A stretch of 64,000 nt of DNA from the NCBI GenBank assembly GCA_973895155.1, contig OZ316891.1:17792095-17856094 (forward strand). The letters run 5' to 3'. The notes under the pieces were generated by a model, which was not told the origin of the DNA, did no database searches, and was given only the letters and a program-made list of their open reading frames with translations. Source of the DNA: Marsupella aquatica. Taxonomy: Eukaryota > Plantae > Marchantiophyta. Every line of letters begins with the position of its first letter. Position 1 is the stretch's first letter. Made by a program: the position numbers and the translations under genes. Shown piece after piece: positions 26,044-38,500 of this stretch.

Positions 26044-27702
26044 CTATTGATCGTTCACCCTAAATATGTAGCCCCCTTCCTCCGCAATCCTTCCTGTTCG
26101 TCTCCTTCGCGTGCCTTTTTCTTTTGTCGCTCCTCCCTTCCTACTCATCAGATTCCGCTCATTGTCTCTTCGTTCTCATTCGCGGCCGGCTTCTAGAGTC
26201 CTCTACTCGCAAGTAGTTGTTCCGGGCTGGAAGCAATGATCAATCTGTTAGATGCAGCAAGAGTGTGACATGACTTCATTCCTTACCGGGTACTTTTGGG
26301 CTCCGAAAGCATAAAAAGAAGAAGAATATATAGCTTGACTTGATATTCTCTGTCATGAATGAAAGTGAGAAGTGTTCCTATGACGGTGACACATCTTTAA
26401 ATGTCAGCGTACAATCATGCTTTACTTTGGGCTTGCCAAATTTGTATTTGGATCTACTTTTTGAACTGCTCTTCCTTGGATGGTTCCTTGCCAGCCACCT
26501 TTTTGTCTTTTAGTCGTAAAATTTGGATATTTTTATCCGGCCACTGCGGAATGAAGTTCTGGAGCTTTCCCCTTTCTGCGGAAGAAAACAAGAGTCCGTT
26601 TTCTAAACTTTTTCTTCTGTCTCAGTGAAAGGAGAACGTATTATGATATCTAATCCCTCCTCGACAGCTGCCCGAGGACATGGCAAAACATCCACATCAC
26701 GAGAAACGAAGCTCAACGAACCCGTCCGGGTTTCTGATCTACAAAACTTGCCATCCAAAACCTTCTTTGATACCCTCTCATTCAGGTTCTCCTCCTCATA
26801 ATCTTTTTTTCGGCTTTCTGAGAACGAAGTAAGACTGACTTAGGGTATATATGAAGTAATAAACATCCGGTAACAACTCTGAGTAACAAGAACTCATACA
26901 CCTTTTTAACAGACAACGTCACCTCTCTATAAAGACGTAGGGCAATAATGCAGGCCAGGCTGAACTAGTGTCACCCAACCCTCGCAGCACTGCTTTTCAG
27001 ACACAGGCACTGAAAAAGGCAGACACGGATTGGTTAGATGGCCAACATTGATAAAGTAAGACCCTTCGAAGAGGTTGGATTGACGAGAAACGAATTTAGA
27101 GTATATCATCAAATCCTAGATATATCTGTTGAGCACAATATCCACGCTGAATTCATTTCTTGGCCATAGTTGACACCATTACAGGATGTACCTACAACAA
27201 CTAGAATCAACTGTACACACTGTCAATACGTTGAGTTTGAATTTGGCTGATGGTGTCATTGGCCCGACCATTGGGTGGATTGATTGGATAGGACTAATAA
27301 TTAAGCGAGGGCAAGTTGCAGATTAATATTTTTGAGCAGCCGAGTTGGCTGTAATTAACCAAATGTTCGAATGGTATTTCTCTACATAAGTATTCAGTCA
27401 ATCACGCCTCTAAACATTTTCCAAAAAATTTCATGTCAGACACACGAGCTCTTATTTGTTGACATCTGCTGTTAAAAAATAAGGATTCCGGAAATGGACG
27501 TCTGAGTTGGTGAACGGGGCCTCACCGTACCCTAAAAATTGACTAATGTTAAACCCCATATCCGCAGAAACGACTAAACAAACAGAAACACAAACGGCCA
27601 AGCAGGAAACCAATTGACGACGCTCCTGGCTAACGCGCTCGATGCATTGAACGACTTCCAGCTTCCTAACGCTTGAGACCTACTGATTAGCCGAATGAAT
27701 AC

Positions 27703-27813
27703 TCTCAATTACCCAACTTCGGCAAGTCTACGATTAGCTCCGTGCATTCAACACAGGCATCTCAATTACCCAACTTCGTCAAGTCTACGATTAGCTCCTT
27801 GCATTCAACACAG
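27703..27813. repeat. 57-bp tandem duplication
   Basis: tctcaattacccaacttcg(g/t)caagtctacgattagctcc(g/t)tgcattcaacacag starts at 27703 and 27760. Confidence 0.95.
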
Positions 27814-29594
27814 CCATCGAATAGGAACCATGAGAATCTCGTGGTCCTCTAGGCCAGTACCTGGACGGCAAGAGCGGCAGCCTCCAGCTCGATCTACTCT
27901 GCCGGTAGCATACACGAGCTGAATTGCTGCGCTGCACTGAGTGAGGAGCTCAGCTCCTCTGCATCAAAAACCAGCAAATAAAATAAGAACCCATTTCAGA
28001 GTCAGCCACTGTACAAAACCTGCAAGACTCGGCAGCATGCAGCTAAATCCACCGAGCCCCTGAAGATCAAACTTCGTTGAACCAATTTGCGAGCAAGCTA
28101 ATTTCAGAACAAGTGAGCGTACAGAACCCAAGAAGACTAAGAATACAGCAGCACGCCGACCATGGAAAGATCCCGGTACAGAGGATTCCCGTGTCTTAAA
28201 CGAATAACTCGGAAACGAACAGCACTCACCCGAAGAAAAGCTGGAGCCGGAGGACGTGGTGGAGGATGGCGGAGTGAAGCCAAAGTTCTGGGAAAGGAGG
28301 GAACTCAACCGGAAGTCCACCGGGACTGTAACGACGTTGCTTATGAACTTGAGATTACAAAACTGGGTTGGGATGGATCCCGGGAAGCGCACTCACTGGT
28401 GGGCTAGACTGACTAGCGGGCCCACATGAGGCTGGCTGGCTGTCCGCCACAGGTACTACCTATCCCTACTTGCGGCACAGCCAGCCAACGTTGTTTTGCC
28501 GGCTGCCTGGACCGTGGGCCCGTTCCACCACCCCTGGGCCTGTGTTGAATACCAGCCAGACAACTGGAACACCGGTCTCGTTTCGGCCCGACTTTGCGCC
28601 TCAGATGGCCCAACTCGACCCGCCAGGAATCCAGGATGGTCTGAATTGAGTTGCGGAACCACGGTCAGGTCAGAGTGCCGGATTTGCTGGATTAGATTTA
28701 CTACAGTCGATCCTGACCATCGAGAGATCAGCTACAATTTGATTTTAGTCCGGGGGAATCAATTATTCATCGTGCATTACCATGGTCGACAGTCGTAGTC
28801 GGGCATGTACCACCCAAACAAGCAGGGTCGCCAACATTAGGAGCCGGGTCCCCGTGCGTCATCGGACCATCACAGCTAGATATGGACGGTCAAGATTTCT
28901 AAATCGGGAGATCTGACGGCCACAGCTCTGGGGGGACCCGCGACAGCCTGACTGACCTCACCCAGTCTGCTGCATCGAAGTGCCCTGACTTCTGGGAGAA
29001 ACTTTGAACCGTAGTCACATTCGGAATCGTCCTGACCTGGACGTCTCCCGAAGTCTAAATTCAGGTACCGGGTATGAAAATGAAAATAATAATAATAATA
29101 AGTAAATAATAATGCGAACCGCAACCCTTCCACTCCGCCCGCCAACCGGCTGAGTGGGTTGCTGCTGAAGCTTTGAAGGCCGGGCAGACGGTGTGCGGAG
29201 TGCGGGCGTACGGCAGGGGAGTGGCGGATAATGGGAAGAAGGAAGCGCCTGGAGACACAATCGACATTTAGACACACGAAAGCGCTGCAGTGAGAATGTG
29301 ATTGACCCAGCGAGGTGGAGGTTGTCGTCTGTCATTGGAAGTGCGTTGGTTTTGCAAGCTCTATGGTGTAGGTGCCACTGTACTGTATGTGTATGTTTCT
29401 GTGTGTGTGTAAGAAATGAATGGATGATCTGTTCTCGCTGAGGACGAAAGTAGCCGCGAGAGGCAGCAGGAGGAATAGCAGTAGCAGCAAAGCGGAGGAG
29501 GGCGGCAGGGGAAGAACTTATCGATGCTTCGTCACAGCAGGCCCTCCGTCTCTGGTACCTCCTGCTGATTGAATTTTGCTGTTCGTCAATTCTG

Positions 29595-32500
29595 ATGGCT
29601 GGTATGTGGAGCTTTCTCTCTCTTTCTCTCTGTCGTCCCCACCCCTCGGATTATATTTTATATCCCTCTAATTGATTTTGGTCACCTTTTGGTCCCCACT
29701 CCTTTCTTTCCCATCCCTCTCCTCCCGTTCGACCTTGTTCGGATCGGATTAGACTTTCAGAGCGGGGCAAGTTTCGGGAAGTAGGTGTCGTGGCGAGCTG
29801 GCGAGCTGGTGGTGCTCTGTTTTTCAGCTTGGAGGGGGAATTCTCGGTTTTGGTGTGTTGGGCAAGGAGATTCAACCTTTCTTAGTGGATCTGAGATGCC
29901 AGCTCGCGTTCGAAGGTTGAGCTATTGACCAGGTGACCAATTGAAGAAAGGTCGACGGATTTGTCCGTCCGGAATTAAATAAGGAGATAATTTTTTCACG
30001 ACGGGTTGTACGGAAAGCTCGGGTCCTGCTCGGAGGTGTCGTTGCAGAAGGAATAGTGAGCACCGTCGGTATGGAAAGATGGACGTGATTGAGGAATTGA
30101 TGAGTTTTGTGCTCCATCAAGCAAGCTGAAGATCGTCCGTCGTCCCCTGAGAGTCTCCCGTTGTATTGAATCGGGTAGTCGGAAGGAATTGCGGCAGTCA
30201 ACGGATGAACTGTTGAGTCTAGTCGTTTGAGTAGCCTTCAACGAAATTCTGTCAAAAATTCTCTCAGAGATGCATTTCGCAGCTGGGGAAATTGAAGGGT
30301 CAGTGATCAAAGGAAATATACTGCCGAGTTTTCTGTCTTCGTTATTGAAAGGGCGTACCAGTTTCGACTGGACCCTTATTAACCATCTTATGATGTAGTT
30401 CTCGGTTTTCGAGCTGCAATTGGACTGCAAAGGGATCGTCTATATTGTAGAATCATCCCCCGGAGCAAAAATGCACAATTCTTGCGATTTGGACAGAAGG
30501 AGTTTAAATGAGGCGGGGGTGGGTCTTGTAGTCGGTGAACAACAGCAGATCTCCCTCCTAATTGTGGATTTGAAAAAGCCAAACCAAACGGCCTAAACGA
30601 GTTGGCCATGTGTCGATAAGCACGGCGGTGGCTTTTTAAAATTTTGTTCAAAGCTTAAATCTGCTGGTCCATTTGATGACAAACGTTGAAAGCATCCCGG
30701 CTTGATTACCGCACAAAAGTGATAAAGCTGTTGACTTGGATGTCCTCTACATGAAAGTGTACTATCGACAATTGAAAGAGAACTGTCCGCAAGGATTGGA
30801 TTTCGGCCGGAGGCCGTAGGTTTGGAATATAACGCATTGTAAATTTGGAAGAATTTGGGAGTCAGTCCCGGAAATTGTGACGCGTAGTGCTCGTCATTTC
30901 ACTTTGCCTGTGGGAGGTATCCTTCAGTCTCTCTCTTATGACGGATCTGGACCACCATCCGTGTTATTACCAATAAGGGACCAAAATTCAGGCCTTGAAT
31001 GGGAAACATTGGAGACTTTTTTGTTTTGTCTTTTGGAGTGAGCTTTTGCTTGAGTGAAGAATACCCGAACGGGTCAATCATAGGTATCAGGGACTGAGTC
31101 TACAGAAGGAGCTGGTTAGGTTTGCAGCCTTTTGAGCAAGGCCACGACTACAGTGCGAGATTGTTGTCACTGTGCAATGTGGATTATGGTCATGGATTGA
31201 ACCTGGTGTGAGTTAAGGAATACTTTCTGAGAATTTTACTGAACGTTTGCCACTATTAATGCCGCAGTGTACTCATGGGGAAGAGGAGACCTTGGACAGC
31301 TTGGCCTTGGTGATGAAGGCAATCACAGTCACCCAACATTGATTCCAAATCTTGCGGACAAGGACATTCTACATATCGCAGCCAGTGACTTTCACTCTGC
31401 TTTTCTTACAGGTGTTGTTCTCGGTGGCTTGCAATATACAGAGATTTAGAACCTGAAAATGAAGGACTTCGTTAGGCTTTTCCTCAATTTGAACACTCAT
31501 TGTATATCTAGATTCCAGTTTCAGGAATGCAATTGGAGGCTATTGAGGCTATGGCATTGTTCTATCGTGCACTCATTCCGTTCAAGTCAATTTAACTCAA
31601 TTCAACTGGATTGAACCTCGCGGACTTTTTTGGAGTGCTGATCGTTTGTCTCTTGAGTAGAAATCTTGAGACTTCAGTCCTGGAAAGTTTGGTGGTACTG
31701 GAAAGCTAATTATCGTCATACTTCATTCAATAGTAGTATTTCTGGCACTATTAAAAGACTTTGTGTTGTCGATAGATCGTGCTTGGAAGTCCTAGAAACT
31801 AAAACATTGAACGCCTTCACTTTCTACTGGCCTCAAATCCGTTCTTCAAAAAGGTGGTTTGAAGTGGAGGTACACGCGTTCTGATTTTGATGGATGAGGT
31901 ACGGGAATTCACTCTGAGCAAACGTTTCTGTGATTTGTTACTTCCAGGCGATGGGGAGCTTTTTACCACTGGCAGTAATGACTCAGGGCAGCTTGGTGCA
32001 AGGGTGGGAGGATTATCACAGCTGAACCCAGTCCGGGTTGCTGCCCTTGACATGTACACCATTTGCCATGTGGCCTGTGGCCAAAACCACACGGTTGCTG
32101 TGACAGGTTTGTTCTACTCCCAGTGGAGAGCGTTGGTTCATTTATTTCTATCCTATTCCCTATCTGCCAGTTGACAACTTTCGGCTTGTATCCCCAATAC
32201 TTTAAAGTTTAGATCCGAATCTTTTAGTGTCTGAACAATAGCGAGTCTTATACTTGTGTGGCAGTCAATATATTTCAGACACTTGTTCATCATAACACCA
32301 TTGTGTCGATGGATTGTCTAAATTCTTTGAATTTCTAAATACCCCGAAAGGATGCAGTGGAATGTGGAACCTTACAGTGCTAAGTGTTACATGTTTATAA
32401 TTTCCGGACTTTTTCATTCCATATTTAGTTGTCATTGGAAGTCAGGTTTCATTAGGTATATGACTTGTATCTCTGGGTCGGCAATGCAGATAATGGTGCT

Positions 32501-35500
32501 TTGGCATCGTGGGGAGCTTCTGAGTTTGGGCAGCTTGGGCACAAGGAGGTGGCTGGGAAAGTTGATACTGTGCAACCACGAATAGTGAAAGGCTCACGTG
32601 ACCATCAGTTTGCTCGTGTTTCGTGTGGTTCTGCTCATACCCTTGCTCTTACAGGTTAGCTCGGATACATATGGGGATTTCTTCCTTGTTTAAACAAATA
32701 TTCCTCATTCTGTTTTCAAGAATTGAATATTTCAGTTCTAGTGCTTGTGTCATTAATCAAACCTAAATAGCTGGTAAATCTTATTAGACTCGAGGGTTTG
32801 TCAAATGTTTTCTGCTGCAGGAGATGTCGTTCATGTGACTTCATATTCAACAGTTAACGTAAAATCTGCTAGATGTAACGGAGTAAGGTTGAACGAGCTC
32901 AGTAGTCATCACATCATAATTTCTTTTCTATCGATAGTTCATGAGAAAGTCTCACGGGCATTTATATTGTGGAATGGAGCCCCCAGGTAGTGGCGATGTG
33001 TACTCATTTGGACAGGGAGCGTTTGGGGCCTTGGGCCATGACAGTAAGGAGGATGTAACAGTTCCTCAGCTTGTTGGTGCCCTCTGGGGTCTAGGTATTG
33101 TCCAGGTAAGTATTTGGGAACTTTGAGGGCTTCTTTATGATCGTTTGTGACGTTATTGAGTAGAAGAGTGGTCTATATTTATATCTATGATGATTCTGCT
33201 CGGGTTAGGTTTCTTTGTTGAGCTACAACTCAAGTTGATGAACGTTGTCAGTTAGGAGTGCACCCGACGCTAATCTTTTGGTAAATCTTCTTATGTAATT
33301 CAAATTGCTGATATTTCCTTAGTGCTGCAGATTGCGTGTGGAGAATATCACAGTGCTGCTTTGTCGTCTGATGGCCAGGTAAATTTGAACTTTGGCAAAC
33401 ATCTAAAGAAAAAGAAAATATGTTTGTCCAAGTACCTATGGTCAAAGTAGTCTATTTCCGACGAGCCAGTATTATTTTAACAAAGTTTTCAAACTGGGTT
33501 CCTCCCAAGTACTTTTGAACGGTCGACGTCTCCCCAATTGCCTTAAGTGGAGAGTGTATTGTTGTCTAAGAGGAGTATTTTTCGCTTCCTCACTGAGTGC
33601 AAAAGTAAAACGCAGATGCTCTGTGAATAGTATCTCTCGCTTCCTCACTGAGTGCAAAAGAAAAATGCAGATGCTCTGTGAGGTACTTCAATTTTGGCAA
33701 TATCTGTTGATGATCCAACTATAGGAAGTCGGTAGAACCGTTTCTGTCAAGGTTTCTCTAAATCCTTGCATTTCCTGTTCTGCACGAATTTGAGATCAGA
33801 GGACGGTAGAATGATTGAAATGTTCAGTTACGGTTATTGGTTTAGTTTCTTAAGCTCAAAGTAATGAGCTGCTGTTTCCTGCATTTCGTAGTTGGTATTC
33901 TGATTTTACATCGACCAATTCTTCCAAGATTGCTGAAAGTTTATCCGATATATGACAAATGTATCCAAGGGTATAACCTCCTTGCGGTGCTCATGGATTG
34001 TTTGATCATCCTACTCAGGTTTTTACTTGGGGGCGAGGAAAATATGGTCAACTTGGGCATGGGAGTGTTGAGTCTGAATTCCAGCCAGTTGCGGTTAAGG
34101 CATTGGCGGACCAATTTGTTGTTCAGGTGGTTTGTGGGGGCGATCACACAATTGCATTAAATGACGAAGGTGAAATATTTACTGTAAGTTTCTGCTCGAG
34201 GCTGATTTTGAGCTTTTCCCCCGTAGTGTGTTGTAATGCTTGACTGTTGCCGATATTATAATATGAATATTTGGTGTCGACGACCCATTTCTTACTCGGG
34301 GAAGTGCTCGGACGACACTCTCACACCTTCTAGTTGTAGCTAGAAGGTTGGAAGCTGAGACGAGTCTTTGTTGTAGCAAGGTCGTTGTAGCAAGGTCTGA
34401 ACCACTAGGTAAAATGAAAAAGGATAAATTTGCATCCTTTTTGGATTCATACGTAGACGAGTGGGCTAGCAGATCGTTATGAAAGTTTTGTCCTTAGCTT
34501 TATGTTATCTGCTATGTTGGAGACGCCGGGATTGGGTTTTAATATCCGTCATATTTCGTAGAATTCTATTGGACTTATCGTCGCTATGAAGGCACTGACT
34601 GTTATGTTTGTGTGTAGTGGGGACGAGGCCATTGGGGTCAAACTGGTGTTGGCACCCAAAATGATACGCTAACTCCAAGGCACGTATTCCTTGACGGACA
34701 ACACGTGGTTCAAGCATCTGCGGGTGCAAGGCACTCGGTTGTTCTAACAGCCAGTGGTTTAGTCTTTGGATGGGGTGATGGGGAACAGGGCCAACTCGGG
34801 ATGTCTAATAGGTGGGTGAGCCTACACTTCATATTTGAGCTAGGAGTTCAGCTTCGCATGGAATGGTCCTCAAGGGTATAGGCTACAATTGTGAGCGTGG
34901 CTAAATCACTGGGTCTTTTGAAGGACTTGCACCTGTCTTTGTGATTATCACGGAGTTTTCATACTGTATCATGTCTGTTGTGATAAGGGTATGTTTTTTC
35001 TGCTTCTATTGCAGTGCCATGCAATTGCAACCAATTTCGATAGTAGATCTCGGAAATATTGGCAAACAGCTTTTCTTCGTAGTGGCTGGAGGGGAGCACA
35101 CAATGGCGGTTTTTCAGCACCGGAGGGAACACACTGCATCGCTTCATTCAGTGGGCAGGTCAGAATGAATTCTTTGACCCAAGCTTGGATTTTTGTCTAG
35201 TACATCAAGCTTTTGTAATGGAACGTCGTTGTGACAGTTCTGGTGGTTTGGTCCAGATCTTCTGAAGATGGAATGAACGAATATAGGGCTGGATCTACTG
35301 AAGCGGGACAGCAGATACGTGGGGATCCAATGGAGACATCAGAGCGAGAAAAATGGCAAGGGCTTGACGATCATGTAGAACCTAGCCATGTCCAGAGTAG
35401 AGATACTACCACGGTTGGAGAACATATGATGATACTGGAGGCTGAAGAGGAAATGAACATCCATGGTGCTGGTCTCAGGCCATTAAAACTCCCATCTATC

Positions 35501-38500
35501 ATGACGGTGCTGAACGTCCTTAAGGTGTGTTCTTAGTCTCGGTTGTTTCTATGGTTCCATAGGCTGAAGTAGATCCATTCTGCCGCTTTATGCTTTTCTG
35601 CCCATCACGATCATTTATGTAGATATTTTCCTTAAGACTTTCGTTGACGTGTCTATTCACATGAAATAGATGCAACTGCAGATGCTTATGTTGTCAGTTG
35701 TAAAAAAATATTTTTTCGCGTTTGTTTTGTTTTCTTGTCTGGCTTAGGGAGCAGAAGTGTCGCCCAGAGGGTTGCCGACGTTAAGTATTCACGATTTGGA
35801 GCACATTTTTGCGTCTGTGAAGTTCCTTATCCTTTCATTCAAGCTGAGGCAGGAGATAGATGGTAAAACAATGTCAAAGCCCATTCAATCTTAAATATGT
35901 AGTCAAAATGAGTTGTGGTCGTTGGGCTCCTGATCTACAGCATTGGGAAGGGATGGAAGTCACTGGCTACTTTCAATGTGTTGTGTAAAAGCTGAATAAA
36001 ATTGCGTAGTAATTGTGTCTGCTTTGTGAAGCATCTGTAATGATGAATCAGTGAGTGGTTTATCACGATCTGAGACTACTTGGAATATCTATCTTGCAAT
36101 TAGAATCGCAAACTTTATTCGCTTAGCCATGACTTCCAGCATCTTCTGTGGTCATGAAAAGACGGTCTTGGAGATGAGGATGGTGACAAGCCGTCTGACA
36201 AGTTGTTCCTTTACTATCATTTATTAATGTATATGAAAGGACTTCAGATTCCAGGTTTTACATATTTGGCTGTTGCTTGAAAAGCTTCAACCGCTTTGGT
36301 CGATTTCTTTGCCATGTGAATAATCATGCATCTTTTGTACCTGTGTTGAGTCGTCTTGTGTTTCGTTTAATACCGTCATCTGTATTTTCTTCAGGTGAAG
36401 GACATGAAGGGCCTGGACTAGACATTGATCTGATTCGAGATGCTTATCAGGGAATCTTGGAGCTGTATGATCCTGAGGTATTCCCAGAGATATCTCGTAG
36501 CCGAGAAAGAAATGTTGGTTATTGCAGATGTTTGTTCAAATGCAATATCAGTACCTTGTCTTAGCCATAACCATCAAACCAACGAGTCTCAAGTTTTTGC
36601 TGGACATGATTTCAGGTGAGACGCTTTGACTTGTTAGCCTTGGATCAGAGTTTGATACCACGTGTCGATGTTTGTGGATGCCAGGTGGTTACAAAGATTG
36701 GTGCGGCCATGGTGCGCTTGCTTGAAGGCTTGGATAAACATATGGACCATGTGCCTGAAACAAGGTGGTTACGGGTACGAACGCAAACCTAAATTCTGGG
36801 ATAGCAGCGTGTCCGCATGCAGTTGACATATTGATAGTACAGAAGTTATGTCATGATTTTTCTTCTTAAATGGAAATTTCTCCACCCTGATCTATTTAGT
36901 TATATTTGGTGCCTATATCCAGGTATCCGAGATCTTTGATTGATATTTCACTTATATCGTAGCTGTTAATCTGGGTTGGTACAGCTCCTCTTTCTGTAGT
37001 GCCGTGTTCTGCATGATTCAAATCGAACCTGCATACGCTGTCAGCATCCGTATCAAATGCTTGATTTCACCATTATTCACAGTAATCCGTGTCTTGCTGT
37101 ACATCAGTCGGCATCACGAAGAACCTGGGAATTTAAGAACTAAAAACTAGATTAGGAGATAATTTGTCTAATCTATGCCTATCGTGTTAGGACTCAATCA
37201 AAAAAATAAGGTTAAGAGCTTAAATAAGCGAGGAGCTACGTAAACGTGCATGGGGACTTTGTGGTTGTGGTTCCGTCAAGTTGCTACACTGCAACTGACA
37301 CCAAGCATGAAATGCATTCACTTCTTGTTGGTGGAAATTGTAGCTCTACGCCAAAATAATGTGAGGGAGCTTATTCATTTCAACTGAACATCCGGCTCGT
37401 TCCAATTTACAGGACAAGATGATAATGTTATACATAGATATTCAAGTGAGTTGAATTAGAGGATGTCCTTTCTTGACAGATGCCCTACTGTCATAATGCA
37501 GTGGTATCTTGAAGAAATGTGTGCTTTCACCGCAGCAAGAATACATTTTAGACCTGAAGGTAGGACTAAAGCTGTCGACGAGGTGTTCATTCGACCTTTT
37601 TGGAAAACAAGGAAGTTTTATCAGATCAGCCTTAAACCGTGTGAGACCATCTTAAATGTTCCTGGAATTATGAAAGACTTAACATACCCAGCCAAGACTC
37701 AAAGAAATGACAGCTAAAATTTGGCTACGACTGCTTCGAGTTTGTAGTTACATTGAGTCAACTAGCCACAACGATTTTTATATAATAGTCTGTATTCGAA
37801 TATTTCATGTATGATTTCTGAGAACTGTGAAATGTACAATGTATGCAGGTGCTCTTAATTATACTCCAGAGCCCTCTTATTGGCGAGAAAGGGTAATTCT
37901 ACATGCTTCAGTTCGTATCTTGGATCATGTACCTGAAATGTTTTGTATGAGGATCCGTGTGCAACTTTCGTTTTGCTAGTTATTGTGGAATGGGAACTGT
38001 TCTTAGTCACTTGCTTCTAGAAAATTGTTGGGAGAATCTATGGTTAAATCTCCATCTTCAGGTATATCATTAGTACTAGCAGTGAGCCAGAAAACTTTGA
38101 TCAGCTACAAAACAAGCCGATTTCCATTCTCATTCTTACTGATCGGGGAATCTTTGTTTTGCAGAGTGGGTGATCAAGTGTCGACACGACTATTTGCCAT
38201 TTTTCTACGAATATCATCTTTCTCTGAGAAGGTCTCAATCTTGATGTTTTCTTTGAAGTTTTTGATAGAGTTGTGAAATGAAGTGGTGACGATGCCTTAC
38301 TGCGAGTATTATGCTGTGGATGTATCAGCTTGGACTTGAGAAGGTACTGGATCGCCAAGGAAAAGACAGGATAAAGGCTTATATGGTGAAGAGTGGGGTT
38401 GCGTTGCAGAAAGTCGTGGAGTGGCTAAGAACGTACCCAAAAGATGTGTTTGGTGGTCGTTTTGTAAGAGGAGTACAAAAGTACATCACGAACAAGTTAG

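Noticed and set aside
30917-30925. U12-type donor GTATCCTTC for the first HERC intron
   Set aside because: The upstream frame has a stop at 30817 with no ATG after it, and the branch site match is poor. The ATG GCT G|gtatgt exon at 29595 explains the start better.
30999-31083. Alternative first coding exon [12 protein letters not shown]...
   Set aside because: It is in phase, but the T-rich intron-like composition and weaker donor make it less plausible than 29595-29601. It is not fully excluded.
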